Source: a virus (Duplodnaviria; Heunggongvirae; Uroviricota; Caudoviricetes). Taken from it: a stretch of DNA of 64,000 nt. A program made the position numbers and the translations under genes. The stretch lies in the IMG/VR virus record IMGVR_UViG_3300015214_000024, positions 73,787-137,786 of that record; one strand, 5' to 3'. A model generated the notes under the pieces. It was not told where the DNA came from. It saw only the letters and a program-made list of their open reading frames with translations, and did no database searches. Of this stretch, positions 38,204 through 48,111 are shown piece by piece (within the stretch, counting starts at the first letter, position 1; the number at the start of each line of letters is the position of its first letter).

Positions 38204-38511
38204 TGGCAAATTATTCTAAGCAGTCGGTATTTTATAAAGTACCTACCTCGTATAAATCTGGTATAACTTATCTAGATTTTAATATTTTGAAGTCATTTTC
38301 TTCTGATGTTAGTGACTATGAATTCACTATCACAGAAAAATATAATAATAGACCAGATCTTTTAAGTTATGAATTATACGGATCGCCGTTTCTATGTTTG
38401 ATTTTTTCATTAAGAAATCCGGACCTATTAGGCGACCCAATATACGATTTCACTACCGGCAAAACCATTATGGTACCAACGTCAGATCGAGTCCGCCAAT
38501 GGAGCAAATAA
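38203..38511 (+). CDS. Baseplate wedge gp53-like protein
   Basis: RPDLLSYELYG...IFSLRNP...DF..G..IMVP. Confidence 0.8.
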   Translation: MANYSKQSVFYKVPTSYKSGITYLDFNILKSFSSDVSDYEFTITEKYNNRPDLLSYELYGSPFLCLIFSLRNPDLLGDPIYDFTTGKTIMVPTSDRVRQWSK

Positions 38512-38512
38512 T

Positions 38513-41347
38513 ATGGCTGATGAAAAACCAATTAATTCAAAACCGTTTTCAACATCATTTTCTTTCAACAGTCAAACTACGACGAATTTATCTGATGTAA
38601 GTTCGCGTCAAATCACAACTGATATTTCTTATTCAACATATTCAACACCGTCAATTACCACACCATCGGCGGGTAGGTTGAGCATTGATAATTTATTATC
38701 TACTACAAGTCCTACATCATCAAGTTCATCTTCACTTTTAAGAAGTTTGCCTGTGAGTTCTGATATTTCGAATATAACAAGCTTGGTTATTCCGCAATCA
38801 ACTCCTTTATCTAGTTATTTGGACAATAACACACAATTTATTTCCAAACCCCTTTCATTATTGCCGAATTCGATACTAAGTTCGACATCTTTAGGGGCTG
38901 ATTTACAAGACACATCAATTGGCTCTGATCTAGTCGAAGCGCAAACTACTGGAGAGGAAAATACTCCACAGGACATTACAAACTATTTGAATAATTTGGC
39001 ACTTAATCAATTAAATGATTATGATCAAGCAACATATCATTTAAAATTGTTTTTAGTTAAGTCAGAATTAGTATTGAATCGAGTTGGTAGTATTGATCAG
39101 CTTTTAGAATCAACTCCAGATTTGTTTTCAGATGAAAACATCATCGTTATTGCGGAAAGTGGCATTACTGCTGGTTTGTATATTGAAAGTTTTTCAGTCA
39201 ATAATATATTCTCAATAGGCCCACAGCTCAACTCTTCAGGGGTTGGTGCAAAAATGGTATTGAAAGAACCATTTGGGGCAAACTTTATTGATTATTACAA
39301 CGGCGCGATTGATGAATTGGGATATGAGACAAGAATTCAAGCACCAATTTTTCTAGAAATTACATTCAGAGGTTATGATGAAAATGGTAACTATATGAAT
39401 GTTGACGATATTGGTAATAAAATTTACCGCTTCACTTTAACTAATATTGATGCTAAATTTCTAAGTTCCGGTACTGAATATGATTTAGATTTTATAGTCA
39501 CGTCAGATATTGCCCGCCAAATGGCAATAGCTAGTACCAGTAACAATATCACAGTACAAGGCACTACAGTTAAGGACTTTTTTGATAAACTGGTCGAAGA
39601 ATGGAATAAAGCTGGTAAGGACATTGAACAGGACGAATCTCAGCCACCAGCGCCAACTTCTGGTACATCTGGTGCTGTCCCGTCTGGTAATAGTGATACA
39701 TCAGCACTGCCAGCCACTGATAATCAGGAAAAACCGACCCCGACTGAAAAAAACGAATTTGCTATCATCATTGATGACAAATGCACTGAATTAAAAGATT
39801 GCCTGTCTTGGGAAGTTGGTAAAGCTTCTGCTCCAGATCGCCTCAGAACAGCAAATACAACGTTTGAAAGTGGCAATGGAACTGTGGAAGCAACCTGGGC
39901 ATCAGGATCTGATCGAGTTGGAATTTTGATTGATATTTTGTATAGCACTACCAATGTTCAAACCTTGATAGTTAACGGCAAGCAGGATAGTGAAGTCAAG
40001 CCCGGATCAAAAGATTTAGGCGGAACATCCTACATTCCTGAAATTGATGTCAACGTTGAGCAGACAACTTATAATAGTGAAACTCATACATATAATAAAA
40101 AAATAACTTATATTGTTCAGGAGCGCCGCACGACACAAATTGCATCAACTCCAAAAGAGATAAATGATGCCGCCAACGATGAAAAAGCCTTAATCAATAA
40201 ATTGCAATATGTCCGAAGAAGATACGATTATTTTGGTACTGGTAAAAATACTGAAATACTTAATTTTAACATCAGGGTTAATACTGATTTATTGATTAAT
40301 TTACCAGCATACAACGCACAAAAGAGACCTTCAGTTGCAGATAATCCAGGCACCGGATCTGATGAAATACAAGCCAAGCAGGTCGCAGATGGTAATAAGG
40401 TCCAATCTAGCGAAGGTGTTAAGAAACCAGCACCAGTAAATCCTGATAATACTAGCACGGCGCTGTCAGCTGATCCAACTAGCGGGTCTGAAACGTCAGT
40501 TGTAAATCAGTCAAGTGATATTGTGGTTAACTTGTCCAGTTCTTCTATCCTGAACGGACCATCAATACAATCTAGTCAAGCTTTTGATACATCATTTGGT
40601 ATTGATTCGCAGTTAAGCGCACAGTTGGCTTCATACAGTTCACTCAGTAAACCATTGGATTCATTGTCATTGACAGCCTCAGTTTCACCTTTGGATTTGA
40701 TCTCGTTCCAGACTACAGGAACTTTGCAATATGGTGCAAATTCAAACTATATAACATCAATAGCAAATGATCCAATATCGAGAGCGAATGATACTTCATC
40801 TCTCGGAAAACGCTATTTGGAAGATTTTAGTCGAATAAAACCTGACTCGCCTAAGGGTGATACCACGTATCAACGCGCAATTATTAGCACAGATATTAAA
40901 AATAGGGGTGGTTATAATCTAGATGATTCATCCGGTTTAGGTAAAAGTTACATTACTGCATTGCTTGGACATTTTTATGGAGTCAGGCACGATATGAATG
41001 CAGTGACTATGGAAGTTCGGGGTGATCCGCTTTGGTTGGGTGTTAGAAATAAAGCATCAAGAGACCAACTGGGCGGAATGGTCCTTAAAGACAAGGATGG
41101 TAACGAATTACCGCCTAGTGATCAAAAAATACTTTTAACTGTAGTGTTTCCTAATCAGTATGACGAAAATACTGGATTGGCTATTCCAAACAAATTGTCT
41201 GAAGGATACACTGCATTTTATAATGTGCGAACAGTGACATCGACATTTGAAGGTGGTAAATTCACTCAAACTTTAGATATGATTCAAGATAATTCAACTG
41301 AACAAGTGCGTAAATACATTGACCCAGCCGGGTCGGCAGACATATAA
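38513..41347 (+). CDS. Baseplate hub protein (gp27-like) with Ser-rich insertions
   Basis: Lies between gp53- and gp5-like genes; C-terminal EVRGDP and YNVRTVTSTFEGGKFTQTL. Confidence 0.65.
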   Translation: MADEKPINSKPFSTSFSFNSQTTTNLSDVSSRQITTDISYSTYSTPSITTPSAGRLSIDNLLSTTSPTSSSSSSLLRSLPVSSDISNITSLVIPQSTPLSSYLDNNTQFISKPLSLLPNSILSSTSLGADLQDTSIGSDLVEAQTTGEENTPQDITNYLNNLALNQLNDYDQATYHLKLFLVKSELVLNRVGSIDQLLESTPDLFSDENIIVIAESGITAGLYIESFSVNNIFSIGPQLNSSGVGAKMVLKEPFGANFIDYYNGAIDELGYETRIQAPIFLEITFRGYDENGNYMNVDDIGNKIYRFTLTNIDAKFLSSGTEYDLDFIVTSDIARQMAIASTSNNITVQGTTVKDFFDKLVEEWNKAGKDIEQDESQPPAPTSGTSGAVPSGNSDTSALPATDNQEKPTPTEKNEFAIIIDDKCTELKDCLSWEVGKASAPDRLRTANTTFESGNGTVEATWASGSDRVGILIDILYSTTNVQTLIVNGKQDSEVKPGSKDLGGTSYIPEIDVNVEQTTYNSETHTYNKKITYIVQERRTTQIASTPKEINDAANDEKALINKLQYVRRRYDYFGTGKNTEILNFNIRVNTDLLINLPAYNAQKRPSVADNPGTGSDEIQAKQVADGNKVQSSEGVKKPAPVNPDNTSTALSADPTSGSETSVVNQSSDIVVNLSSSSILNGPSIQSSQAFDTSFGIDSQLSAQLASYSSLSKPLDSLSLTASVSPLDLISFQTTGTLQYGANSNYITSIANDPISRANDTSSLGKRYLEDFSRIKPDSPKGDTTYQRAIISTDIKNRGGYNLDDSSGLGKSYITALLGHFYGVRHDMNAVTMEVRGDPLWLGVRNKASRDQLGGMVLKDKDGNELPPSDQKILLTVVFPNQYDENTGLAIPNKLSEGYTAFYNVRTVTSTFEGGKFTQTLDMIQDNSTEQVRKYIDPAGSADI

Positions 41348-41360
41348 GGTTTAATAGATA

Positions 41361-43337
41361 ATGTCCATATCACCAAATGATATTTTAACGAACGCGCACG
41401 AATTATACAATAGACCACAAGTAATTGGTATGCCATTACTTAATAGGATCTTTTTAGGCAAAGTTAGAGATACGCGCGACCCGCAAAAAATGGGAAGAAT
41501 AAAAGTTTGGATTCCTGACGTGTCAGGAAACAGGGATAATGCGGCGACCTGGTTTACTGCCAGCTACTGTTCTCCATTTGCTGGTGCTTCTTTTGTGAAT
41601 GATGGTTATTATAAAGATACCCAAACCAATGATGCAATTCAGCAAAAATCATCAGTGGCAGCTAATAGAACACCGCCAAATGTTGCAGGATCGCTAGGCG
41701 GCCGTCAAGGATATGGTATGTGGTTTCCTGCTCCCGATGTTGGTAATGATGTGTTGGTAGCGTTTATTGCTGGCGATCCAGTTAATTGCGTATATTTTGG
41801 TTTTTTATTTCCACAAGATCAGAATTTTATGGTACCAGGCGCGCCAACCGCTACTTATTCTGAAAATGACGGTTTGCCTATAGATTCTGGACCTGCATTG
41901 GAAACTGATTTGAGGAATAGGTCAAATCTTGGATCAGATTCTCCTCAGCGCAAACCCTTTACGGCTCTTGCTCAAGGACTTATTGCTCAAGGATTACAGG
42001 ATGATACCATAAGAGGACAATCAACCTCAGGCGCACGAAGAGAATCGCCAAGCCAAGCTATGGGTATTTTAACCCCAAGCGGGCACCAAATTGTATATGA
42101 TGATGGTGATGATCAAGGCAATAGCAGCTTGATTCGTCTACGAACTAGATCTGGTGCTCAGTTATTGATTGATGAAGTCACAGGTAATATCTATGCTATT
42201 TCAAAAAACGGCCGAACTTGGATTGAACTTAATGATGACGGCAATTTTGATGTTTATGGACAATCAAACGTAAGTGTTCACGCGGAAAATGGTAATATAA
42301 ATCTAGTAACTAGCTCAGATGACATTAATATCCAATCAGCAAAAGATGTTAATATCCGAGCAGCTGGCAGTTTGAATTTCTATGCTGGTGAACAAACCAA
42401 TATAGTAACTAAATTGGATTTTCGATCAACAGTTGGTGGACAAATACAATTTGGGTCTTCCGGCCACGCTACTTTTGCAAGCGCTCAAGGGTTATCACTA
42501 AGTAGTGGCGGGAAAGCATCACTAACTGGTGCTGGCGTGGCTATTGGGTCCTCTGGCAGTATTGGCATCAGCGCAAGCGGAAGTGTTGATATTGTTGGTT
42601 CGTCAGTTAACAACAATGTTGGCCCAGGACTTGCTCCGGACCCAGGCTCAATTGAAGCACCTGGTTTGCCAGACATTTATTCAGGACTTCCTGAAGCCCC
42701 GGTTATTGAAAATGGTGTTAAGAAAAAAGGACCAAATTCATTAACAGCGATCGTGTCTAGAAAACCACAAGCAGAGCCGTGGGATAGAAATGTTGCTGGA
42801 TCATACACTCCAAACTTTCAAGGATCTGAAACTGCTAATGACTTGGTAGACGGACCTGCCGCTCCAATACCGGCATCATTGAAATCACGCGGCCAGAATA
42901 TATATACTGAACTGAAAAAGCGTGGTTTTAATGATTTTGTATGTGCTGCGTGTCTTGGGGTCTGGCAGCAAGAGTCGTCATTGAGCCCATCAGCTCAAGA
43001 GCCTAAGCGCGATACTACTGGATGGGGTATTGGATTAGCTCAATGGAGTAGAGATCGATTGGGTGGTGGAAGATGGGGCCCAGGACGTAGACAGAAAATG
43101 ATAGATTTCGCAACTTCCAAAGGCCGTGGGTGGAATGATTTATATACGCAATTAGACTTTTTTGTTCACGAATTAGGAACTAGTGAATCAAAAGCTGGTA
43201 ATACTTTAAGATCTGCTACAGCATTAAGTCACGCTATGGCTGGTATGAAACAGTATGAAAGGTATGGTGAGGTCGGTAGACGAGAACAGTATGCGAGAGA
43301 ATGGCTCACACGTATTAAAGAAGGCCAAATTAAGTAA
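41361..43337 (+). CDS. Baseplate central spike (gp5-like) with C-terminal phage-tail-lysozyme domain
   Basis: OB-fold DPQKMGRIKVW and PDVGNDVLVAF; TPSGHQIVYDD; beta-helix; QES...GIGLAQW...QLDFFVHEL. Confidence 0.85.
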   Translation: MSISPNDILTNAHELYNRPQVIGMPLLNRIFLGKVRDTRDPQKMGRIKVWIPDVSGNRDNAATWFTASYCSPFAGASFVNDGYYKDTQTNDAIQQKSSVAANRTPPNVAGSLGGRQGYGMWFPAPDVGNDVLVAFIAGDPVNCVYFGFLFPQDQNFMVPGAPTATYSENDGLPIDSGPALETDLRNRSNLGSDSPQRKPFTALAQGLIAQGLQDDTIRGQSTSGARRESPSQAMGILTPSGHQIVYDDGDDQGNSSLIRLRTRSGAQLLIDEVTGNIYAISKNGRTWIELNDDGNFDVYGQSNVSVHAENGNINLVTSSDDINIQSAKDVNIRAAGSLNFYAGEQTNIVTKLDFRSTVGGQIQFGSSGHATFASAQGLSLSSGGKASLTGAGVAIGSSGSIGISASGSVDIVGSSVNNNVGPGLAPDPGSIEAPGLPDIYSGLPEAPVIENGVKKKGPNSLTAIVSRKPQAEPWDRNVAGSYTPNFQGSETANDLVDGPAAPIPASLKSRGQNIYTELKKRGFNDFVCAACLGVWQQESSLSPSAQEPKRDTTGWGIGLAQWSRDRLGGGRWGPGRRQKMIDFATSKGRGWNDLYTQLDFFVHELGTSESKAGNTLRSATALSHAMAGMKQYERYGEVGRREQYAREWLTRIKEGQIK

Positions 43338-43348
43338 CGGAGTTTTAT

Positions 43349-44872
43349 ATGGTTAATTTGCCACTAAAAAAGAATTTCACTCCTGTATCTAGCACTGCTT
43401 CGAGTGTTACTAGCATTATGACTGATCTCCAACGTCAGCAGGAAAACTTGTCATCAATTTTAGGAACCCTCAATAATAGTGGAAGTATTTTCTCCGATGA
43501 TCTAGTTTCAGTCTCAAACAACATTGATAATATTATTGCACAGACGACCGGTATTACTGAACGGTTGGGGAAACAACAGCAAGTTTTAGCGACAATTCAA
43601 ACCAAATCAGTCGCATCGAGTACTGAATTATTGTCCAGTCTGACTGGCGAAATTAATAATTTAAAAACAGTCACATCATCGATATCTGATCAAGCTGGTT
43701 GGTTAAATTCGATAGTAAGTAAAGGATTGAATTTAGGACTTTCAAATGATAAAATTGAATCTCAGCTTAAATCAGCAATTGGTAATTTCTCCAATACGGC
43801 CAATACTTTAATCAACGGTCTTAATGAGCATTCAAATGCACTAAATGCAATTATCACAAGTGGTGAAAAAACACTAGGCGGCGGCCTTATTAGCAATTTC
43901 ACAGATAGTAAAATACCATCAGTTGAAAATTTAATGTCTGGTGTGGGTGTTAATACATTAACTGAGCAATTAGGTTCGCTATCGTTACCAACAGATGAAA
44001 TACAAACTGTCACTAGAGAGGTTGAACAAAAATTCTCTGATATATCTGATATAATTTCAAGCAAGTTGGATGATTTGAAAAGTTCAGTAGTGGACCCGAT
44101 TGCTGCTAAAGTTTCGTCTAAAACAGACTTGTTATCAATTGCCGGTAACCTTGATGGAGCGTTGGCTCAAGCTAAAGACGGGTTGACTAAAATGGAAAAT
44201 CCGCTATCACAACTATCTGACGTATCGTCAGCATTAGGAAGTATTAAATCTAATCTAACTTCCAGTCTTGGATCTATAGATTCAAGTGTTATTAGCGGAT
44301 TTACTGACCACATAAGTCAAATTGATGATATTGTGGGATCAATGTCCAATTTGGGTTCGCAAGTAACCACTCAAATATCTGGTTTGACATCTACTATTAG
44401 CAGTTCGTTTGATGCTGTTGGTGGTTTTAATAGTATTACTGGAACGACTGGCGGTGTTGATTCGTTAACCAATATTGTTGATCCGGCGGCATTACTTTCT
44501 TCTTCGTTGAATGATATGAATGGATTGAGTAGGAACTTAATGGTGTCGGCATCAAACTTGTCACAATTGGCATCCGATCTTCCAGAAAATAATCCAATCA
44601 ATAATTTGTCATCTCAGTTGATATCAATTGGGCAAAGTATTAATGATCAAACATTTAATACGCCGCTGGAATTGGATAAACTAACCGCAGTGACACAGGT
44701 ACCAAATCTGAATTTAAGTTCACTTGAAAATACAATAGCTAACACGGGTGCAGATTTGACATCAAAAAATATCAATGATATTAAACTCAATGTCAATGTT
44801 GATAAAATATCTCAAGATTTGGCCAAGCAAATTCTTTTGATCAGCAACTCTAACTCCATTCCTGAATCTTGA
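43349..44872 (+). CDS. Ser/Leu/Ile-rich low-complexity helical protein of unknown function
   Basis: 507-aa ORF with GGAG RBS; 3' end overlaps DHFR convergently. Confidence 0.7.
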   Translation: MVNLPLKKNFTPVSSTASSVTSIMTDLQRQQENLSSILGTLNNSGSIFSDDLVSVSNNIDNIIAQTTGITERLGKQQQVLATIQTKSVASSTELLSSLTGEINNLKTVTSSISDQAGWLNSIVSKGLNLGLSNDKIESQLKSAIGNFSNTANTLINGLNEHSNALNAIITSGEKTLGGGLISNFTDSKIPSVENLMSGVGVNTLTEQLGSLSLPTDEIQTVTREVEQKFSDISDIISSKLDDLKSSVVDPIAAKVSSKTDLLSIAGNLDGALAQAKDGLTKMENPLSQLSDVSSALGSIKSNLTSSLGSIDSSVISGFTDHISQIDDIVGSMSNLGSQVTTQISGLTSTISSSFDAVGGFNSITGTTGGVDSLTNIVDPAALLSSSLNDMNGLSRNLMVSASNLSQLASDLPENNPINNLSSQLISIGQSINDQTFNTPLELDKLTAVTQVPNLNLSSLENTIANTGADLTSKNINDIKLNVNVDKISQDLAKQILLISNSNSIPES

Positions 44873-45401
44873 CGTCAAATTTGCCGATATGATTTTCCTC
44901 AATAAACCAATCGATAATTTTATTAGTCCATTGTTTTTCAGCAATACGTTTTTTTAAATCAGTTTCAAAATATGTGACTTCTTTATTCTTGGTAGTAAAA
45001 TCTTTTCCAGAAATTTCAGTCAAGTAAAATTTATCATATTGTTCCTGGAATGCTTGATAAATTAATCCACCGCCTATGATCATAATTTCTTTTGAGATGG
45101 CTTTATCTTTAATATCATCAATTATAAAACCAGGGCAAGGGAATTCATTGATAAAATGGACATTTTCTGGTAAATTTTCAGGTTCTTGTCGAGTGATGAC
45201 AAACGTTTGCCTATTGGCCAATGCTGCTTTTGGTAGAGATTTATATGTATTGCCACCACATACAAGTGTTTTATTAAGTGTCATTTGTTTATAAAATGCC
45301 AGATCGCCCTTAATTTGCCCCCAAGGCATTTTACCATTAATTCCGAGAATATTTTGTTGATTAACGGCAGCAATGCCAGTTATGACAAACTTACTAATCA
45401 T
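44850..45401 (-). CDS. folA: Dihydrofolate reductase
   Basis: IAAV...ILGINGKMPW...DLAFYKQMT, GGNTYKSLP, IIGGG..Y. Confidence 0.9.
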   Translation of the reverse strand: MISKFVITGIAAVNQQNILGINGKMPWGQIKGDLAFYKQMTLNKTLVCGGNTYKSLPKAALANRQTFVITRQEPENLPENVHFINEFPCPGFIIDDIKDKAISKEIMIIGGGLIYQAFQEQYDKFYLTEISGKDFTTKNKEVTYFETDLKKRIAEKQWTNKIIDWFIEENHIGKFDVKIQEWS

Positions 45402-45411
45402 TTTTAATTTT

Positions 45412-45501
45412 ATTCCTGTCTAATTCTGGAGGCTGTTAAGCGTGATTACTCACCTCCAATTCTATTAAAAAATAACAACTCTTCCTGAATTAGACAGGAA
45501 T
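45412..45501. promoter_or_regulatory. Long intergenic inverted repeat covering the DHFR RBS
   Basis: ATTCCTGTCTAATTC (45412-45426) and GAATTAGACAGGAAT (45487-45501); inner GGAGG/CCTCC pair. Confidence 0.6.
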
Positions 45502-45511
45502 TCATTTAAAG

Positions 45512-46348
45512 TCAAATAGCAATAGGTGCCTTGACAAAACTATGTGATTGGTAGTTTTCTACCTTAATGTCTTCTGGCTTATAATCAAAAATTGATTTTA
45601 CTTCCGGATTAAGCCAAAGTGTTGGAAGCGGAAGCGGCTCTCGATCCAACACAATATTTACTTGATCCATATGGTTTGAATAGATATGGGTATCACCGCC
45701 AGTCCAAATAAAATCACCAACTCCAAGTCCGACTTCTTTAGCAATCATATGGGTCAGTAAGGAATAGCTGGCAATGTTAAATGGTAATCCAAGAAACGTG
45801 TCGCAGCTACGTTGATACAATTGGCAGCTTAATTGATTTTTTGTATTGACGTGGAATTGAAATAATGTATGGCACGGCGGTAATGCTTGACGCCCTGCCC
45901 TCACATTATCCAATGGACTAATACTTTCATCGGGCAACATTTCTGGATTCCATCCACTTACGATGTGGCGACGCGAAAATGGCTTATTTTTAAGATTGTG
46001 AATCAATTCTGATATTTGATCGATAGTATCGTCTGAAGTGGTTGGCCAACTTCTCCACATTTTCCCATACACGGGGCCGAGATCGCCGTTTTCTAAAGCC
46101 CATTCATTCCAGATTGGATTTTTGTGATCTTGGAGGAATTTGATATTAGTATCACCAGCCAAAAACCAAATAAGCTCACTGACCACATTATGGAATGGTA
46201 CCTTTTTTAGGGTAACTAGTGGAAAGCCATCATTTAAATTGAATCGCATTTGGTGACCGAAGATAGACGTAGTACCAGTTCCAGTTCTATCCATTCGTTG
46301 CTCTCCAACATTAAGTATTAGTTGGAGCAAGTCTTTGTACTGCTTCAT
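45512..46348 (-). CDS. thyA: Thymidylate synthase
   Basis: [40 protein letters not shown]. Confidence 0.97.
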   Translation of the reverse strand: MKQYKDLLQLILNVGEQRMDRTGTGTTSIFGHQMRFNLNDGFPLVTLKKVPFHNVVSELIWFLAGDTNIKFLQDHKNPIWNEWALENGDLGPVYGKMWRSWPTTSDDTIDQISELIHNLKNKPFSRRHIVSGWNPEMLPDESISPLDNVRAGRQALPPCHTLFQFHVNTKNQLSCQLYQRSCDTFLGLPFNIASYSLLTHMIAKEVGLGVGDFIWTGGDTHIYSNHMDQVNIVLDREPLPLPTLWLNPEVKSIFDYKPEDIKVENYQSHSFVKAPIAI

Positions 46349-46396
46349 AATATTGCCTTTTTTCTTATATTAGAAGGTTCATTTATGATAGTCAAT

Positions 46397-46906
46397 TTAA
46401 TCTAAAGGTGGCATATTGAAGAAATAATGATCAGCTTGTGCAAGAAAGGAATCCAACGTTACGATATGATATTCCTTGTAATTAATTATAGGTTTAAGAT
46501 CCCCAAAAAGATCAGTTAAAACAACAATATCAGACACGTTATTATATTTTATTATTAATGCTGCGAGTTTCTTCGCATTCTTAGCGTCTTGTGTTGCTTG
46601 GGAGATCCAACCATCAAGTTGCTTGCAATCTTGCTTTACAATTGAGGAAAAGCTTGGTGGTGTTTTATAGTTTTTACATTCAATAGAGAAATTAAATGAT
46701 CTTGGACAAATTAAATCGCCAAAAATAGCAAATTCAGTGTCATATGTTTCAGTCCTGGTCTGGTTTTGGCCACCAAAAAAGGAACCCGAATCTGGATTTC
46801 GGCGGAATGCATTGTCTAAACCGGTTTCTTTTTTAAAACGTTCAGAAAGGAGATTAGCAATTTTCCTTTCATACGTATTACCTTTTGCTTTACCATTAAC
46901 TGCCAT
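46397..46906 (-). CDS. Holliday-junction-resolvase-like PD-(D/E)xK nuclease
   Basis: KGNTYERKIA..L, GDLICP, IECK. Confidence 0.75.
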   Translation of the reverse strand: MAVNGKAKGNTYERKIANLLSERFKKETGLDNAFRRNPDSGSFFGGQNQTRTETYDTEFAIFGDLICPRSFNFSIECKNYKTPPSFSSIVKQDCKQLDGWISQATQDAKNAKKLAALIIKYNNVSDIVVLTDLFGDLKPIINYKEYHIVTLDSFLAQADHYFFNMPPLD

Positions 46907-46915
46907 AATATACTC

Positions 46916-47113
46916 TTAATAAATTAATTGATTTGCTTGCTTACTTAGTTTCTGGTTTTCAGCAAATCTTCTACTGATTTGTTTCTTTTGTTCAATAGTT
47001 AATTGATACGCTTGATCAATATCAATGCTTCCCCGCATAAAAAAGCATATATCAATTAGTTCTTTCTCTAAATCCCTCCCGTCGGCGGCCATATTTTGAA
47101 TTAGTGTTTCCAC
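46916..47113 (-). CDS. Tail/hub assembly chaperone C-terminal part, probably reached by -1 frameshift
   Basis: Frame is open from the T TTT TTC site of the upstream gene; a GTG start with GAAGAG also exists. Confidence 0.65.
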   Translation of the reverse strand: METLIQNMAADGRDLEKELIDICFFMRGSIDIDQAYQLTIEQKKQISRRFAENQKLSKQANQLIY

Positions 47114-47142
47114 CTCTTCAGCCGTTTTTGCCTCGAGGAGGG

Positions 47143-48024
47143 CTATGCGAAAAAACCTGCGGGATCAAAATTGATGTTTGTTGTCCATTTGTGTTTACAT
47201 TTTTCACAAGTGGCATCAATATCCTTACGAATTCCAAAATCAGTGTTCAAGCTGTTGACCAGCGAAGTAATTTTTTCAGCTTCTTTAGCTGGAAGATTGT
47301 TAATCCATTCGTGAATTGATTCTTTATCATCGACATCGAATTCTTCGCCAGTTTCGGTATCAACTATTCTAACAACACAGCTGGCTACCAATTTGACCAA
47401 TTCTCTGGCAATTTCTTGAATTGATTGGAAAAATTGCGATTTCTTTTCTGGATCTTCGAAACTTTCTTCATTGGCGAATAATATCTGTGCAGTTTTTGAT
47501 TCTCTGAATTTAATGTTGGCATCCTGAGTTGATTCAACCATTGTATATGGTCTTACGAATACTTCAATAGTTTGATCACCATCCTCAGATGGCACAGTAA
47601 TAATTGCTTTTGGATTTTCTGGAAGAAATTTCATATTATCCAACGAATACCTAATTGGCATTTCAAAATTATGTTGATGGCCACATTCAGGGCACGTTAG
47701 ATCGATATCTGTATTTTCACCAAAAGTTGCCAAACGTATGGCTGCATATACGGCTTCGACATCTGGACCATATAATGCTTCAGGATAAACAATGCTTGGG
47801 GCACAACTTTCAAAGATTTTGACTGAGGCATCGCCACTAATTAAAGCTTCGGGATTTGAAAGTGTAATTTGGTCTGCGGTTGTCATAGGCTTCACACCAA
47901 CTTCTCCACTTGGTGAAAAATTCACAGTGCCAGGAGGATATGACAAACCTTTTGATGGTAAATGAATGAATACCGTTTCTCGGCGTTTAAAATCATTCAG
48001 CGATCTTTTGATTGGTGCATTCAT
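47143..48024 (-). CDS. Baseplate hub assembly protein / tail chaperone (gp26-like)
   Basis: LPSKG..YP, PMT..D...L..PEAL, CPECGH, CEKCKH; divergent from the tape measure gene. Confidence 0.75.
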   Translation of the reverse strand: MNAPIKRSLNDFKRRETVFIHLPSKGLSYPPGTVNFSPSGEVGVKPMTTADQITLSNPEALISGDASVKIFESCAPSIVYPEALYGPDVEAVYAAIRLATFGENTDIDLTCPECGHQHNFEMPIRYSLDNMKFLPENPKAIITVPSEDGDQTIEVFVRPYTMVESTQDANIKFRESKTAQILFANEESFEDPEKKSQFFQSIQEIARELVKLVASCVVRIVDTETGEEFDVDDKESIHEWINNLPAKEAEKITSLVNSLNTDFGIRKDIDATCEKCKHKWTTNINFDPAGFFA

Positions 48025-48111
48025 AGCGTTTTTACCTGTTATAAATAATTGTAGAGACTATATCTCGATAATGTATTTATCTGCCCAGAAAACGTATTTT
48101 GAGGATTCTTA

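Noticed and set aside
45512-46348. Group I intron in thyA, or a hydroxymethylase identity
   Set aside because: ORF is continuous with normal length; canonical motifs and adjacent DHFR favour ordinary ThyA.
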